Notes: generated by a model not told the origin, from the letters alone. DNA of 64,000 bases from Isurus oxyrinchus (GCA_026770705.1 JANJGN010000546.1:310001-374000), one strand, 5' to 3'; positions 1 through 13,230 are shown, counted from the first letter of the stretch. Translations and numbers: made by a program.

Positions 1-136
1 CAGATTGAATCAGATTAACCAATCAGCTGTGTTGAAGAGCAGACAGGAATGTTAGGCTAATTAGTGATTCATGACGGTGATAATGGGGGGAGTTCTGAGG
101 GCTCCTAATCCATTGTCCTGTCTTGTAAATCAGCAC

Positions 137-348
137 CTTAATACTGACCCTCCAACAGTGCAGCACTCCCTCAGTACTGATCCTCCAACATTGCAGCACT
201 CCCTGATTAATGTCCCTCTGACAGTGCAGCAATCCCTCAGTACTGACCCTCAAACAGTGGAGATCTCCCTCAGTACTGACCTTACAATAGTGAAACACTC
301 GCTCAGTAATGACCATCCAACAGTGTAGCACTTGCTCAGTACTGACAC
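137..348. repeat. 33-bp tandem repeat array (CAGTGCAGCACTCCCTCAGTACTGACCCTCCRA)
   Basis: Direct periodicity; gives the 11-aa repeat HSLSTDPPTVQ in ORF 71..328. Confidence 0.9.
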
Positions 349-575
349 TGGGGAGTTTCAGTCTACTGTGTGGGGCAGAGGTCCCCTGAATCAGGTCTTG
401 AACCCCACAACGTTCTGACCCCCTGAATTTGGCTGTGAAACCCACTGACCCAAAGGAGAAACTCCTGGTCAATGACTGTCCACCTGTGAGCAGAAATATC
501 AACACAGGGACAGGACACAAAGGGTTAACAGTTTACCAGCATCTCAAAACAGGAGCTGCTCTGTCACTTTGATCC

Positions 576-588
576 AACTTCCTCATTT
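576..588 (-). promoter_or_regulatory. Ets/PU.1-type site (AAATGAGGAAGTT) upstream of gene A first exon
   Basis: aacttcctcattt at 576-588; the same site is at 20034-20046 upstream of gene B and matches the PU.1 GAGGAAGT core. Confidence 0.45.
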
Positions 589-631
589 TGTCTCACAGTG
601 ACACATCCACCCTTTCTAATTAAACACACAG

Positions 632-716
632 AGGGAGCAGCACAGGAAGAGGTCATTCAGCCCAAACAGAGCGTGTGAGCAGTTTCTCCCCAGGCGAGCA
701 GTCGGACAGGTCCTGG
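632..716 (+). other. Putative non-coding first exon of gene A (85-nt shared exon); donor +1 mutated
   Basis: Near-identical to 20090-20174, 44432-44516 and 48529-48613, which end TGG|GTAAGT; this copy reads TGG|TTAAGT. Confidence 0.5.
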
Positions 717-1166
717 TTAAGTAACGGAACGATTGGAATTCACTTCCACCACCAACACTGTCCTTTGTTGATGTTGTGACTTTATAAAGACAGATTCCAA
801 TGATTGATGCCTTTGAAAGATTTCTACTGATTATTAAGATCAGGGTGTGAGGCTCAGGTCTGTTGTACAGAACATCTTTCTAGCTCAAAGGATGAGGGAA
901 GAGCAGGGACATGAGCTTTGGGACATCCTGAGGTGGTGAAAGGTGCTATAGAAATGCAAGTCCTTCACTGATTTATTTTTTTACAGCTTTTTAACTCTCT
1001 GCAGAGCACCTATCATCCCACAGAGAACCAAATTAGTCTGTGAAGACATTGTCTAAAAGCAGTTCTGATCTCTTGAGAGCTGTCGGACAAGAGGTGAGGT
1101 CTCATTAACTCCTTTCTCTTTCACAGTTTAAGAGTCAGAAGCTAAAGGCATATCTGGGAGTGGACA

Positions 1167-1206
1167 ATGGTTGGGAAATCTTACTTCCTCCTGTCACTTC
1201 TCCAAG
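1167..1206 (+). CDS. Gene A leader (signal peptide) exon MVGKSYFLLSLLQ
   Basis: ACAATGG Kozak context, hydrophobic stretch, CAAG|GTAATA phase-1 donor; paralogues at 20625 and 49064; joins the V exon to give LLQ-VGLSQ. Confidence 0.8.
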
Positions 1207-2189
1207 GTAATAACATCGTCAGCTTGGACAGACTTATGGCTAATAGTCTTTGTAAAAGAACATTCTTATGGAGCTCTGATAGGGAACTGATTCAGCAGTG
1301 AGTCAGTGTACAAACTCACACCACGTCCCATTCACCCATCACCCCTGTGCTCACTGATATACACTGACTCCCTGTCTGACAGCAGAACTGCAGGACAGCA
1401 GAGACCTCAAAGGGTTTCAGGGCTGGAGGAGGTGACAGTGATAGGGATTAGAGATGGAGAATGGAGGGATAAGGAATCAATGAAGAGATTTTGAAAATTG
1501 AGGCATTGCTGGACTGGGAGCCAGTGTAGGTCAGTGAGTGACAGGGGAGCGATCGGCTGAATAGAGAAGCAGGGATAAAAACTGGGGGATGAAGTCTATC
1601 CTGATGCAAGCACTCCGATATCAATGCCCTGAAATTTTTCTCTCTTGCTGATTTTCATCAGAATTTCCCATGAAGACAACACAGAAGCTCTTAGATTAGA
1701 CAGGCAGTTCAGCGTCACACTTCCTGTCCATTCTCACCATGTTAGAAAATTCGATAAGATAGCAAGATAACTGATAGAGAGAAGGGAGGCAAAGCTGTCT
1801 GTATGTAAAACTGTCAAATATTCTGAGTTATCATGATTGTTTCTGATCTGCTGCAGAGTTTATATTTCATTGAAACTTATCACTTTGCAGCTCAGAGAGA
1901 GACCATTGACTCACTGCCTGAAAGGGCGGTGGAAGCAGATTCAACAGGAACTTTCAGAAGGGGAACTGGATAAATACTTGAAGGGGACATTTTGCAGGGC
2001 TGTGGGGGAGAGAGCAGAGGTGAGAGTGGGACTAATTGGACAGATCTTTCAAAGGCCCAGCACAGGCTCGATGGGCCAAATGGCTTCCTTCAGTTCCGGA
2101 TCATTCCACAATCCGATAAATTAAATCTCTTATCAGTAACACTTCAGGCTCCCGCTGCAGGAATGGATCTTTGAGAAGGATAGGGAACA

Positions 2190-5100
2190 AGCGGTTTCTC
2201 ATATCATGTTCATATTTATTGACAATTACATAAGTGCATGGAACTGTTGAATATTTGACTCTCTAAAGTGTGGATTTAACCTTCTGGTCCACCCAGATCT
2301 TGTGCTGGTTACCTTGTCTGGAGGTGTCTTTAACTGCTCACAGTGGTCTGTGGGATTGTCACCCTTGGATGTTGTTCCTGATTTCATGTGGGATCTTCTC
2401 CTCGATGGAATAGGAGCGGGAATGGATCTGATTTATCCTCGGTTCCGCCTCACCGCTGTGCCCTTGTGTGTTTGACTCCATAGGCCCTTGGTTCTGAACA
2501 AATCCTTGTCACCTCGGCTGGTGGTCATGAACCTTCTGTGGGATCCTGGATGTGAACTTGTCCCAACTCTAAACTTGGCAACTCTGCACCTCCATTTTTA
2601 TCATGAACATTCCTTATCTTCTCTTGTAGTTTTAAAAGCTGCCCTCTGGTTTCTGAGAGAGTAGAATGGGTAAGAGTAGCGAAATTGGTCACTACTGGCA
2701 CACCAAACATGATCTCTGTCAGTGATGGAATAAGGTGAGGTGATGGTGTAGTGGTATTGTTGCTGGATGAGTAATTCAGAGACCCAGGGTAATGTCCTGA
2801 GGATATGGGTTCAAATCCGGCCATAATAGATGATGGAATTTGAATTTAATAAAAATATGAAATTCAAAGTCTAGTGATGACCACAAAACCATTGTTGGAA
2901 ATCCCACCTGGTTCACCAGTGCCCTGTAGGGAACAAAATTGTCTGGCCGACATGTGACTCCAGACTCCACGTCAATGTGGTTGACTCTTACATTAGGGAT
3001 GGGTAATAAATCCTGGCCTCGCCAGTGACTCCCACATCCCATGAATGAATTTAACAAAGTTGCAGTTGTAGGTGTCGATCTCAGATGTAACATTGCAATG
3101 TGTGGATCTTGCTTGGCCTGTCTACATTTGAGAATTAGGGATTTCACTGTGTGAATCATTCATTCAGCTAGGCTGTTAGATCAGGGGTAATGAGGAGAAG
3201 AAGTAGTGTGATTGATATTCCAGATTATCTGTAATCATGTCCCTAGGTTCACCAAATAATCTGAAAATCGTGCTTAGAGTGTGTGCACCAGTTGTGCTCG
3301 GTGTGTTGTGCTATTTTTGAATAACGGGATATCTGGTAAAGCTGTCGACGATGACGATGAAGTCAGTGACATGGACATGAAAGGATTCAGATGTGATTTT
3401 GGACTAAGAATAGGCAGGAATTTCCTGTGGAATCAGTGGTTCTTTGTGTTGACTTGGCTCATCCTCTTGACAAGCCTCGAACTTCCCTACAACAACTTCA
3501 AGGTCATTGTTCATACCCGGCCAGGGACTGTATCTCTTGTGAGTCTCCTTGTCTGATCTGTGCCCATGTGTGAGGGATGAAGTTGTTGAAGAATATAGGA
3601 TCACAAATGTGCCGGTATGATGCCCTGCCTGCCATTAAAAAAGACTCCCTGGGAGATACCTCGCTTATCTCGATGAGGTCAAGTTGAATCAGGCCACCCT
3701 TTCAATGATATTTCCACAGTTCCTGCCGAATTTTTCACTGTTCCCTCTTGTAGCTGCTGGCATTTCTCTTGTGCTAAATGTACTGGATCAATTGACAGAC
3801 TTGCATTCTCCTGCAGGTGTAATGTTGCAGCTCCCTTGAAACTGACAATACTGTTGAAACTTTCTGCATATTTCAATGTTATGTCCATGAACTGAGTTGC
3901 TGGGGTAGTTTCTGAGTTTGACCCATGTGAGGTCTGACAGATTCCATGGATTGTCTCTAGGGTGAGGTCACCGCATGCCGGTAGACTTGCAATTGCTCAG
4001 CCTTTAGTCTCCACGATGTAGAACATCTGTGACACCCAGGAGGATTGATTGTACTTGCACCCCAGGACTATGGATTCTGCACATGGAGTTGGTGAAGTGT
4101 TGTACACAGCAGTAGGTTTTCCCATGGACTCCCATGTCCTTGGATACATGTCTTTGAAAATTTGCTGGGGTGGGCTGTGGGAGGGGAATGTTGGCACTTG
4201 CCCCTGTGTCAATCTTGGTCAATAAAGGGGAGGTTGCAACTTTCTCAGGGCAGAAAATTGGAATCTTGGCCAATAGTGCGGGTGATGTGACAGCATCTGT
4301 TCTCCGTGAGATTGATGGTGTAAAAGGTTTGAAATTGTTCAACAATTGTACAATACGTTGAGCACAAGTGCTGCACAAACTCTAGGCTGGGGTTTTCCGG
4401 CACAGTCATGATGGGCCCTGCCGTGGGAGATTGGACAAACATTGGCTTTCGGCCGGACCGGACAATCCTGGCAGTGGGTGGGGCCAGAAAATCCCACCCC
4501 TATGGGACATTTTCAGTTTATTTGATGTGCCCAGAGAGATCTTTAAAGACAACAATCCACAATTTATTGGCAAGCCACGTCAGGATATGTGTGAGAGGTG
4601 GAATATCGATCACCACTCCTCGTCTCACCGTGTACATCATCGCCATTTCCTGGTTTGTCAGTCACCACATGTATATGTTCCTGATGGGATAGTGGATGGT
4701 CATTCTTATTGCTTGAAGGTTCCCCGTTGTGTAGGGTCTGTTTGGATCAGCGCACGGCTCTTTGTAGCTGCATGAGCCTTTGCTCTAGTGCCCTGCCGCT
4801 GTCAATGGCCCTTTCTGCCACAAGCCTTGCAGGATTGGTGGAAAGCTGGGCATTTCCTTGGTGCCTGCAGAAGGCCACACCTTCCACACTTCTCACTAGG
4901 TTTGGATGTTCTAGTGAGTGTGTCAACAATTGATGTTGTACTGAGGACCTGTAATCTTCGTTGACCTGCGAGGATCACTTCGTATTTATGTCCATCCTTG
5001 AGTAGCTCTTCAATGCTATAGGCTTTGGTCGTATCTAGCAGTTCTCACCATGAGGGATCCGTCTGCTCCCCAGCTCTTTACTTGAGCTCTTTCCCATCAC

Positions 5101-5490
5101 TGTGTCTTCAAAGGTTTCCTGAGCAGTCAGTACACTGTGATTTCAACCCTCTCTGATGCTGTGTCTCTGTTGTGGTCTGACCAAAGCGTCGAAGCATGAC
5201 TCATGTCATCTAGCTCGATCTAAGGTTGTTCACCACGTCATACCTGTACTGAATCTTGCTGCCTGAATGTTTGGCCACCGCTGATCACCATGTTGTGTTT
5301 TTATAATGATATAAAGGCACCAGCCACTGATACGGAATTGGGTAAATACATTGTGGGTTCAGTTATTTAGAATAGGGACATGAGAACAGATATACAAGGA
5401 TAGAAAGCTGGGAGACACCTGCAGCCAAAGTGTGTGAGCTGTGTTCTGCTCACAGGCCAAAGTGAAACTTGGACTGGATGGTGTTATCAT
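2190..5490 (-). mobile_element. Degenerate Ty3/Gypsy LTR retrotransposon in gene A intron
   Basis: Minus-strand fragments: protease-like IDTGASANI (ORF 4004..4378), integrase-region HKEPLIPQEIP and DPHIAMLHLRSTP; LTR-end CA followed by a TGG PBS-like sequence at ~5273-5292. Confidence 0.7.
2740..3051 (+). mobile_element. tRNA-derived SINE nested in the Gypsy remnant
   Basis: A box TGGTGTAGTGG, B box GGTTCAAATCC, and a LINE-like 3' tail (TTAGGGATGGGTAATAAAT...CCCATGAATGAAT) also seen near 39300 and 41815. Confidence 0.75.
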
Positions 5491-7431
5491 CCCAGCTGAT
5501 GTTGCTACTGGGCAAGTCAGATCCCAGGGTGGAGCTCAGCTTGATAGGTCCTAACTTTTATTTTTTATTTAGGAATGAGGAGTGCAGCTACTGAACAGAG
5601 TCACAGGAGTCATCTGATGAACTTCTAACTAAAGAATAAAACATTTATTAAACTAGGAAAGACAAACTATATGACATTTCTCCTTCACCCAGACCTATAC
5701 ATTTACAGATATATACAGATTCATAAAGATCACGCAAGTTACAATAGCTATCTTATACTATCATGTTCACACTAAGTACACAGTCCATGTAAACCAATAG
5801 ACGACCTGTGGTCAGGGACACCAGATTCTAAAATCAAGTGACAGAACCCACTTGAAACAAATGCTATGTCTCCCTCCTCATCTGACCCCAGACGCTTGTT
5901 ACACTGTGAGCCAACCAGTCACACTGAACTGAGATATCCATATGAGGGTTTCCAATCTCAAAGAGAGCCAAGTGCTCTCTTTGGAATCTTCTCCAACATG
6001 ACACTTTCACTCAGACACCTTCCACAAGGGTCCACTTTCACTATTTCAAACTCTCCTTCCCATGTTCCTGCCCCCTGGATCGCCACGTGCATTCAGCCTT
6101 CCTTCCACGCCCTGTCTCTCCAATGCTCAGCCGTGTCAATGGAACACCATGGCTTCACATGGCCGTAGTAATGAGTCACCAACCTGTGGTGTCTCCTAGG
6201 ATCTTCTGGCTTCTCACAAGCCTATTTTGCTTTAGGCCTGTGTCCTGCTGCTTTCTCCCTTTAAGCTTGAAGCCTTCTTCTGCTCCTCACTCTTAACTTC
6301 ACTTAACAGGGCCTTTTTCAGATTTGACAAGAAGGTTTTCTTGGGCCCTTTCTCCTGTTCCACTCGATGGTTTTGGCTTCTTCTTTACTTTGGGACTGAC
6401 TATCTGTCCCGCTCCTTTGCTGCTTCTCCTGGCAACTCCTTTCAACAGAACTGAAAGTACTTTTCTGTTTTTCTCGGTCTCTGTGGGTCCTTCCCTCTGG
6501 ACCACTGTTGCCAGGCAACAGCACAGTTTTTTACACCTTGTGTTTGTTTTGACTTCCTGCAAGAGTCTTAAAACCTCAAAGGAATGCTGGCTTCTTTTTA
6601 GCTCAAGCTCCCCCTTTTCTCAACACCCAAATACAGAAATACAAATTAAAATTAAACATAAATATATACCTTAAAGATACACCTTATGCCTAACACACAG
6701 AAATACACATAGAACTTACTTAAGCCAACCCCAGTTCCTAAAAATCACATGACACACTTCCCCTCGAGTGATGTCATGCTGCTGTCCCTGAAAGGCATAT
6801 TATAACAGTGTTATCACTTGGCAGGTGATGTGTGCCAGGCAGACCAAGTCCCTGAGAGAAACCTGGTCACACTATCATAATGATTTTGCAATTTGTATTT
6901 ATTTTGAGATGTGTGCACTGAATTCAGAAGCAATGACTCCACCAAACTTTCAGAGATTTAAAACAATAAATTAAAATATTTGTCATCAAAATGAAAGATT
7001 TCAAGCACATACATAAGACTACAATGACTGCTATAATAACTCCTAAAATTCCTAATTAACCTGACTCCCAGTTACACTCCATTTAAGGCAACAGACCAAA
7101 ATTATATGTTAGATTTAAAACAAATTCAACAAGTTAACACAATGCCCTGGACAGTGGAATTCCAAATGGATTTTCCCCAACTTCAGTTCTGTTGGATAGC
7201 AGGCTTGTGCACAAACAGGGTCCTGAGGACCATGAGCCAATGTAGAATGAACTTGTCCACTCCTGTGTCCAGGATTCTCTTCCATCCGTTATGAAACATT
7301 GGGGAGTTCCATGTGTGTCCTGTAGATGGTCCACACTGCAGCCACTGTGCCCCAGTGATGGAGGGGGTGGATATCGAGTCTAGTGGATCTACAAACCATC
7401 CAGAGTTAAATATTGATATTTCTCTCCCCAG

Positions 7432-7800
7432 TTGGACTGTCACAAGAGTGGAAAGGTGACACTCCACGAGAGGTGACGGCACAGAAAGGTTCGTGTGTAC
7501 AGATTCCATGTAATTACAATTACCCATCACATTTGTTAGAGAAAACACGTGTTGGAATCTGGAAAATGAGAAGGGACAAATGGCATACATCGTCTATAGC
7601 CTTTCACTCCAAGGATCACAGTCACGAGTTACCACGGTTCCACCATCGGACCCGGCTGTCTGGAGACCTGAAAGATGGTGACTGTTCCCTGATTATAAAC
7701 AACATCAGACGGGAAGATGCAGGACCTTATTTTTTCACGATAAAATTTGGCAATGGTCCGAGCCATAACTATTACCCTGTAACCCAGCTTCACGTTTCTG
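7432..7800 (+). CDS. Gene A Siglec-type V-set exon 1 (outer V, YFFT, essential Arg absent)
   Basis: ctctccccag acceptor, TCTG|gtaagt donor, 369 nt phase 1-1; Siglec motifs GSCVQIPC, GDCSLII, DAGPYFF; ACG (Thr) at 7737-7739. Confidence 0.92.
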
Positions 7801-8039
7801 GTAAGTGCTGTGTTATAATTACTCAACAATTCACATTCAACACTCAATGGGAAATAATAGTGTTTGATTTGCTTGTTTTTTGGCCGTGTTAACCAGCGTC
7901 ACTATTTTTAATGATTTGTCTATTTCTGCTCCCAGATCCATGAGCTTATTGTGTGTGATTGAATCCACATCATAGCTGTAACGTAAACCGAGCTGAGGGG
8001 TGATGACACCTCCCCGCTGAGTGAAGTATCTCCTCCCCA

Positions 8040-9010
8040 CTACACCTTCCACCCCTCACACTGTCCGTGTAAACCCCTGTCCCATCTCCAGCCTCTCTTT
8101 CCCCTCCAAAGTCCTTGAACGTGTTTCCATCTCCCGAATCCGTTCCCATCTTTCCCGGAACTCCATGTTTGAATCCCTCCAATCAGGTTCCCACCCCAGC
8201 CACTGTGCTGAAACAGCTCTTATCAAGGTCACAAATGGCATCCTGTGTGACTGTGACAAAGGTCAACTTTCCCTCCTCGTCCTTCTCGATCTGTCTGCAG
8301 CCTTTGACCCGCTCGACCACACCATCCTCCTCCAACACCTGTCCACTGTCGTCCAGCTGGGTGGGACTGCTCTCCCCTGGCTCCATTCTTATCCATCTCA
8401 TCGTAGCCAGAGAATCACTTGCAATGGCTTTGCAGCATCATCTGAACAGTATTAGTTTTCACCTGTCCACTGAGGATCCCCAGCTCTACCTCACCACCAC
8501 CTCTCTCGACTCCTCCACTGCTGCTAAATTATCAGGCTGCTTATCCGACATCCAGTACTGGATGGGCAGAAATTCCCTCCAATTAAATATTGGAAAGACT
8601 GAAGCCATTGTCTTCATTCCCCACTCCAAACTCTGTTCCCTCGCTACCAACTCCATTCCTCTCCCTGGCAGCTCTCTGAGATTGAAGCCAATCTGTTCAC
8701 AGCTTTGTTGTCCCATTTGATCCTGAGATGAGCTTCCGGCCTCATATCTGCGCCCTCACTAACACCGTCTATTTCCACCTCCGTAACATCGTACGACTTC
8801 ACCCTGTCTCAGCTCATCTGCTGCTGAAACCCTCATCCACGCCTTCATTACCTCCAGACTCGACTGTTCCAACACACGGTCTACACTCCATAAACTTGAG
8901 GCCATCCAAAACTGCTGACCACGTCCTTACTCACACCAAGTCCCATTCCCTTATCACCCGCTCTGCTCGATGACCGAGACTGGCTCCTGGTCAAGCAAAG
9001 TCTCAATGTC
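8040..9010 (+). mobile_element. L2-type LINE RT fragment
   Basis: ORF motifs SKVLERV, ETALIKVTN, LVLLDLSAAFD, LQLNIGKTEAI; frameshifted. Confidence 0.85.
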
Positions 9011-9029
9011 CAAATTTTCATCTTTGTTT

Positions 9030-10135
9030 CCTCACTATCTCTGTAATCTCCTCCTCCTCCTCCGCCAGCCCCTACAACCCTCCCTATCTCTGTAACTTCT
9101 TTCAGTGACCAGAAACCACCCCTATCTCAGAACCTTCCTCCAGCTCCAACAACCCTCCCTTTCTCTGCACCATTCTCCAGCCACTCCAACAAACCCTATC
9201 TCTAAACCCCCTTCCAGTCCCTACAGCAATCTCTATCTATGTATCCTCCTCCAGTCCCTACAACCCTCCCTATCTCTATAAACTCCAGTCCCTACAGCCC
9301 TCCCTATCTCTATAATCTCCTCCAGTACCTACATCCCTCCCTATTTCTATAACCTCCTCCAATCCCTACAGACCTCCCTATGTCTATAACCTCCCCCAGT
9401 CCTTACAGCCCTCCCTATCTCTATAACCTCCTCCAGTACCTACATCCCTCCCTATCTCTATAACCTCCTACAGTTCCTACAGCCCTCCCTATCTCTATAA
9501 CCTCCCCCAGTCCTTATAGCACTCTTTCTCACTGTAACCTCCTCCAATCCCTACAGCCCTCCCTATCTCGATAACCTCCTCCAGTCCCTACATCCCTCCC
9601 TATCTTGATAACCTCCTCCAGTACCTACAGCATTCTCTATCTCTGTAACTTCCTCCAGCCACAACAAACGTCCCTATCTCTGTAACCCAATCCTGTACCT
9701 ACAAACCCCCTATCTCCATAACATTTCCCATTCCCGTCCACCCTCCCTATCTCTGTAACTATCTTTTGCCCCTAAAGCCTCCCTTTCACTGTAAATTTCT
9801 CCAGTCCCTAAAAACCCTCTGTCTCTGTAACCTACTCATGCCCCTAATGCCTCCCTTATCCTTTAACGTCCAACAGTCCCTACAATCCCCTTTTCGCTCA
9901 AAGCTCCTCAAGACCCAACAACGTTCCCTAACTCTGTAACCCCATCCTGCCCCAACAACCCTTCCTTTCACTGTAAGTTCCACCAGCCCCTCCAACCTTC
10001 CCTATATCTGTAACCCCATCCTGCCCCTACAACCCTCCCTGGCTCTGTAAACTCCTACAGCCCCTCCAATCTTTCCTACCTCTGTAGCCTCACTACAGCC
10101 TCTGTACAAAGTACAGCCCCTACAACCCCCCGAGA
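9030..10135. repeat. ~37-bp C-rich minisatellite (CCTCCTCCAGYCCCTACARCCCTCCCTATCTCTGTAA)
   Basis: Direct periodicity, expanded from the L2 3' region. Confidence 0.85.
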
Positions 10136-10984
10136 TCACTGCACTCCTCCAATTCCGGAATCTTGACCATCACCAGATGCTATCGCTCCAAAATTGGCGG
10201 CCGTGCCTTCTGTTGCCTGGGACCCTAAGCTCTGGAATTCCCACCCAAATCCTCACCCTATCTCTCTCTCTCTCTGTCTCTTTGTCTCTTTCTCTCTATC
10301 TCTCCATAACACCGACCTCTTTTGGTCAGCTGTCGCTAATATCGCCACATGTGTCTGGGTGACATACTTTGTTTTATGACGCTCCTGTGTAGCACCTTGG
10401 GGTGATTGGTCATGTTAAAGTTGTTGTGTAAATATAAGTTGTTGCCCTTTGACCCTCGACCCCAGATCGAGTCTTATTTTTGAGGGAATGTACAACCTCC
10501 TTAGATTTCTGACCAAAATGTCATTTGATTATTTTTATTGAGCGAATGCCAAGCCCCGATACCGAGCGAGAGCCTCCTCATTTGCTGAGTTTAAGGTGAT
10601 GAGTCAGCCCCTTAGTCCGTAGAGGGGATTCTCCTGGGTAATGTGCAGCCTTGTTTGTGTCTCTCCACAAGCGCATGAGGGGTTTGTACAGAGGCTGCAG
10701 CGCTGGAGGGGGTCTGCACAGGGGTCCTGGCCTGTCCTGAGCCAGTTTTAGCAAGGACTACTCTGGCCTTGGCAGCTGAAAGCCAGCCATTGGACAGACG
10801 GGGCCTGTCACAAGGAGCCTGTTAGTCACTCCCCCCCGTGTCTCCTGTGCTCAGATCCAGACCATGTTGGCTGGTGGATCTGGCTCAGGAAGGGTCCTCC
10901 CCATGGGACCCCCAGATGGAAGGTGGGTCGAGCGGGTCAGTCACTTGCATGTTTATTCTGCAGCTTTAATATTTTAAGAAGGTA

Positions 10985-11735
10985 AGAATGTAGGAACATA
11001 AGAAATAGGAACAGGAGCAGGCCATTCGGCCCCTCGAGCCTGCTCTCGCTGATCTGGTTGTGGCCTTAACTCCATTTTCCTGCCTGTCCCCCAAACCCTT
11101 GACTCCCTTGTCGATCAAAAACCTGCCTCACTCAGCCTTGAGTTTATTCAATGGCCCAGTCTCCACTGCTCTCTGGGGAAGGGAATTCCACAGGCTAGCG
11201 CCCCTCTGAGAGAGGAAATTCCTCCTCATCTCAGTCTTAAATGGGAAAGCCCTCATTCCGAAACTGTGCTCCCTGGTTCTAGATTCCCCCACGAGGGGGA
11301 AACATCCTCCCAGCATCCACCCTGTCAAGCCCCCTCGGAATCGGATATGTTTCAATAAGGTCACCACTCATTCTTCTAAACTCCAATGGATACAGGCCCA
11401 ACCTGCTCAACATTTCCTCACAGGACAAACCCTTTAATCCCAGGAATCAGCCCAGTGAAGTTTCTCTGAACTGCCTGTACACAATGATCCTGTTACAATC
11501 TCACCAACGCCCTGTGCAGCTGTTGCAAGACTTCCCTCCTTTTATACTCCATCCCTTTGCAATAAAGGCCAACATTCCACTTGCCTTCCTCATTCCGTGG
11601 TGTTCCTGAATGCTGACTTTCTGTGATTCATGTACCAGGACACCCAGATCCCTCTGTACTGCATTCTGCAGCCTCTCTCCATTTTAATAATATTCTGTTT
11701 TACTATTCTTCCTGCCAAAATAATTTGTTGCCATT
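10985..11735 (-). mobile_element. CR1-type LINE 3' fragment
   Basis: Minus ORF FKTEMRRNFLSQRGASLWNSLPQRAVE and a typical tail. Confidence 0.85.
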
Positions 11736-11839
11736 CTCCTCAGTATTGACCATCCTCCAAATTCAGCCACATCTGTAAATATCGGGTTCAGTGGATCCAC
11801 AAACCATCCAGAGTTAAATATTGATATTTCTCTCCCCAG

Positions 11840-12205
11840 CTGAACCCTCACAAGAGTGGAAAGGTGACACTCCACGAGAGGTGACAGCTCAGAAAGGTTC
11901 GTGTGTACAGATTCCATGTCATTACAGTTATCCATTGTGTCTGGAAAACCAACCGCGAGGTGGAGTCTGGTTTAATAATGAGGAATGGAGAACATCGTCT
12001 ATAGCCTTTCACTCCAAGGATCACAGTCATGAGTTACCACGTTTCCACCATCGGACCCGGCTGTCTGGAGACCTGAAAGATGGCGACTGTTCCCTGATTA
12101 TAAACAACATCAGATGGGGAGATGCAGGACCTTATTTTTTCAGAATAGAATTTGACAGCGGAAATAGATACAGCTACTATCCTGTAACCCAGCTTCATGT
12201 TTCTG
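11840..12205 (+). CDS. Gene A V-set exon 2 (inner V, YFFR, extra B-C loop Cys)
   Basis: 366 nt phase 1-1 with canonical splice sites; AGA (Arg) 12142-12144; TGT 11938-11940 in PCHYSYPLC. Confidence 0.92.
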
Positions 12206-12933
12206 GTAAGTGCTGTGTTATAATTACTCAACAATTCACATTCAACACTCAATGGGAAATAACACAAACTGTGCCGTTTACATATTAACACAAAACACAG
12301 CTTATTATAACACACTGTCTGATTCTCAATAACCTGGTGATAGCTTCCAGTTCAGTCCTAAAGCAACATCTAATACTCACTTTAATATCAATGATTAAAT
12401 GTATTGACTGTGTCCATCAGTGTTATCAGGTTATCCACTCGCACCGATCTCTCTAATCCTGTCTCGAAGTCTGACATATCGATAGAAGAAATATTCACAT
12501 TTCTATAGCACATTTCACCATCTCAGCATGGACCAAATCACTTCACAGCCAATGAGCTGATTCCTGAATTGTAGTTACTGTTGTAAAGTGGGAAACACAG
12601 CAGCCAATTTGTGCACAGCAATCTCCCACAAATTGCAAAGTAATAAATGGCCCAGATTGCTGAGGGACTGATGGGGTAGTGCACTCCAAACTCTGGTCTG
12701 CTCCACCACCCTCACCCACTATTATCAGTTCAAGTGTCTCGGAGTGAACGTGTATTAAGCTGAGAGACAGAAACACCAAAGTCTCAAAGCAGGAAATTCT
12801 CTCCTGATCGTTGTAACCTCTCAGTTCTGATATCATCCTTGTAAAAGTGCTTTCTCTTGTGGGACTGTGATTTCTATTTGAACTGATGCTTCACGTTATA
12901 TTTCTCTAAAAGGATCCATTCTCTGTCTGTTAG

Positions 12934-13230
12934 ATTTCACAGATAAACCCACGATATTCCCTGCTGAAATTATTGCAGGAAAGCGTATGGATGTAAGCTG
13001 CACCTTCAACACAACGTGCAATGGAACAGCAGCACCTGTCTTAACCTGGGACACTCCCACTGACGTACCTGGATCAGTCTCAAACACTGTAACTCAGCAT
13101 GGTGTCACTCTGACCTATACTTCTGTTCTGACCCTGATCCCATCACTCAAACACCACGGACACACTCTCAGCTGCAGAGTGAGATATCCATCTGTTTCAT
13201 CGAAGCAGACCCTCGTACTAACTGTGCAAT
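12934..13230 (+). CDS. Gene A Siglec domain-2-type C2-set exon (C2a)
   Basis: 297 nt phase 1-1; DFTDKPTI...SCTFNTTCNGTAAPVLTW...HHGHTLSCRV resembles CD33-type domain 2, including the interdomain Cys. Confidence 0.92.

Noticed and set aside
23-520. Periodic ORFs (HSLSTDPPTVQ / VSTEGVLHC) here and at 15.0, 19.0, 54.7 and 61.8 kb; superficially CRISPR-like or repeat-protein-like
   Set aside because: Head-to-tail 33-bp satellite with no unique spacers and no cas genes, in a vertebrate context; the unit length is a multiple of 3, which explains the open frames.
1094-1126. GT...AG 33-nt mini-intron upstream of the leader ATG (similar in B and C)
   Set aside because: Too short for a normal vertebrate intron; more likely alternative acceptors (1005 versus 1127).
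5500-7200. Possible additional LTR-like inserts in the gene A intron (partly repeated at 24050-24800)
   Set aside because: Termini and TSDs could not be defined confidently by eye.
8021-8973. ORFs of 144-201 aa repeated three times
   Set aside because: Frameshifted L2 RT remnants co-duplicated with the V introns.
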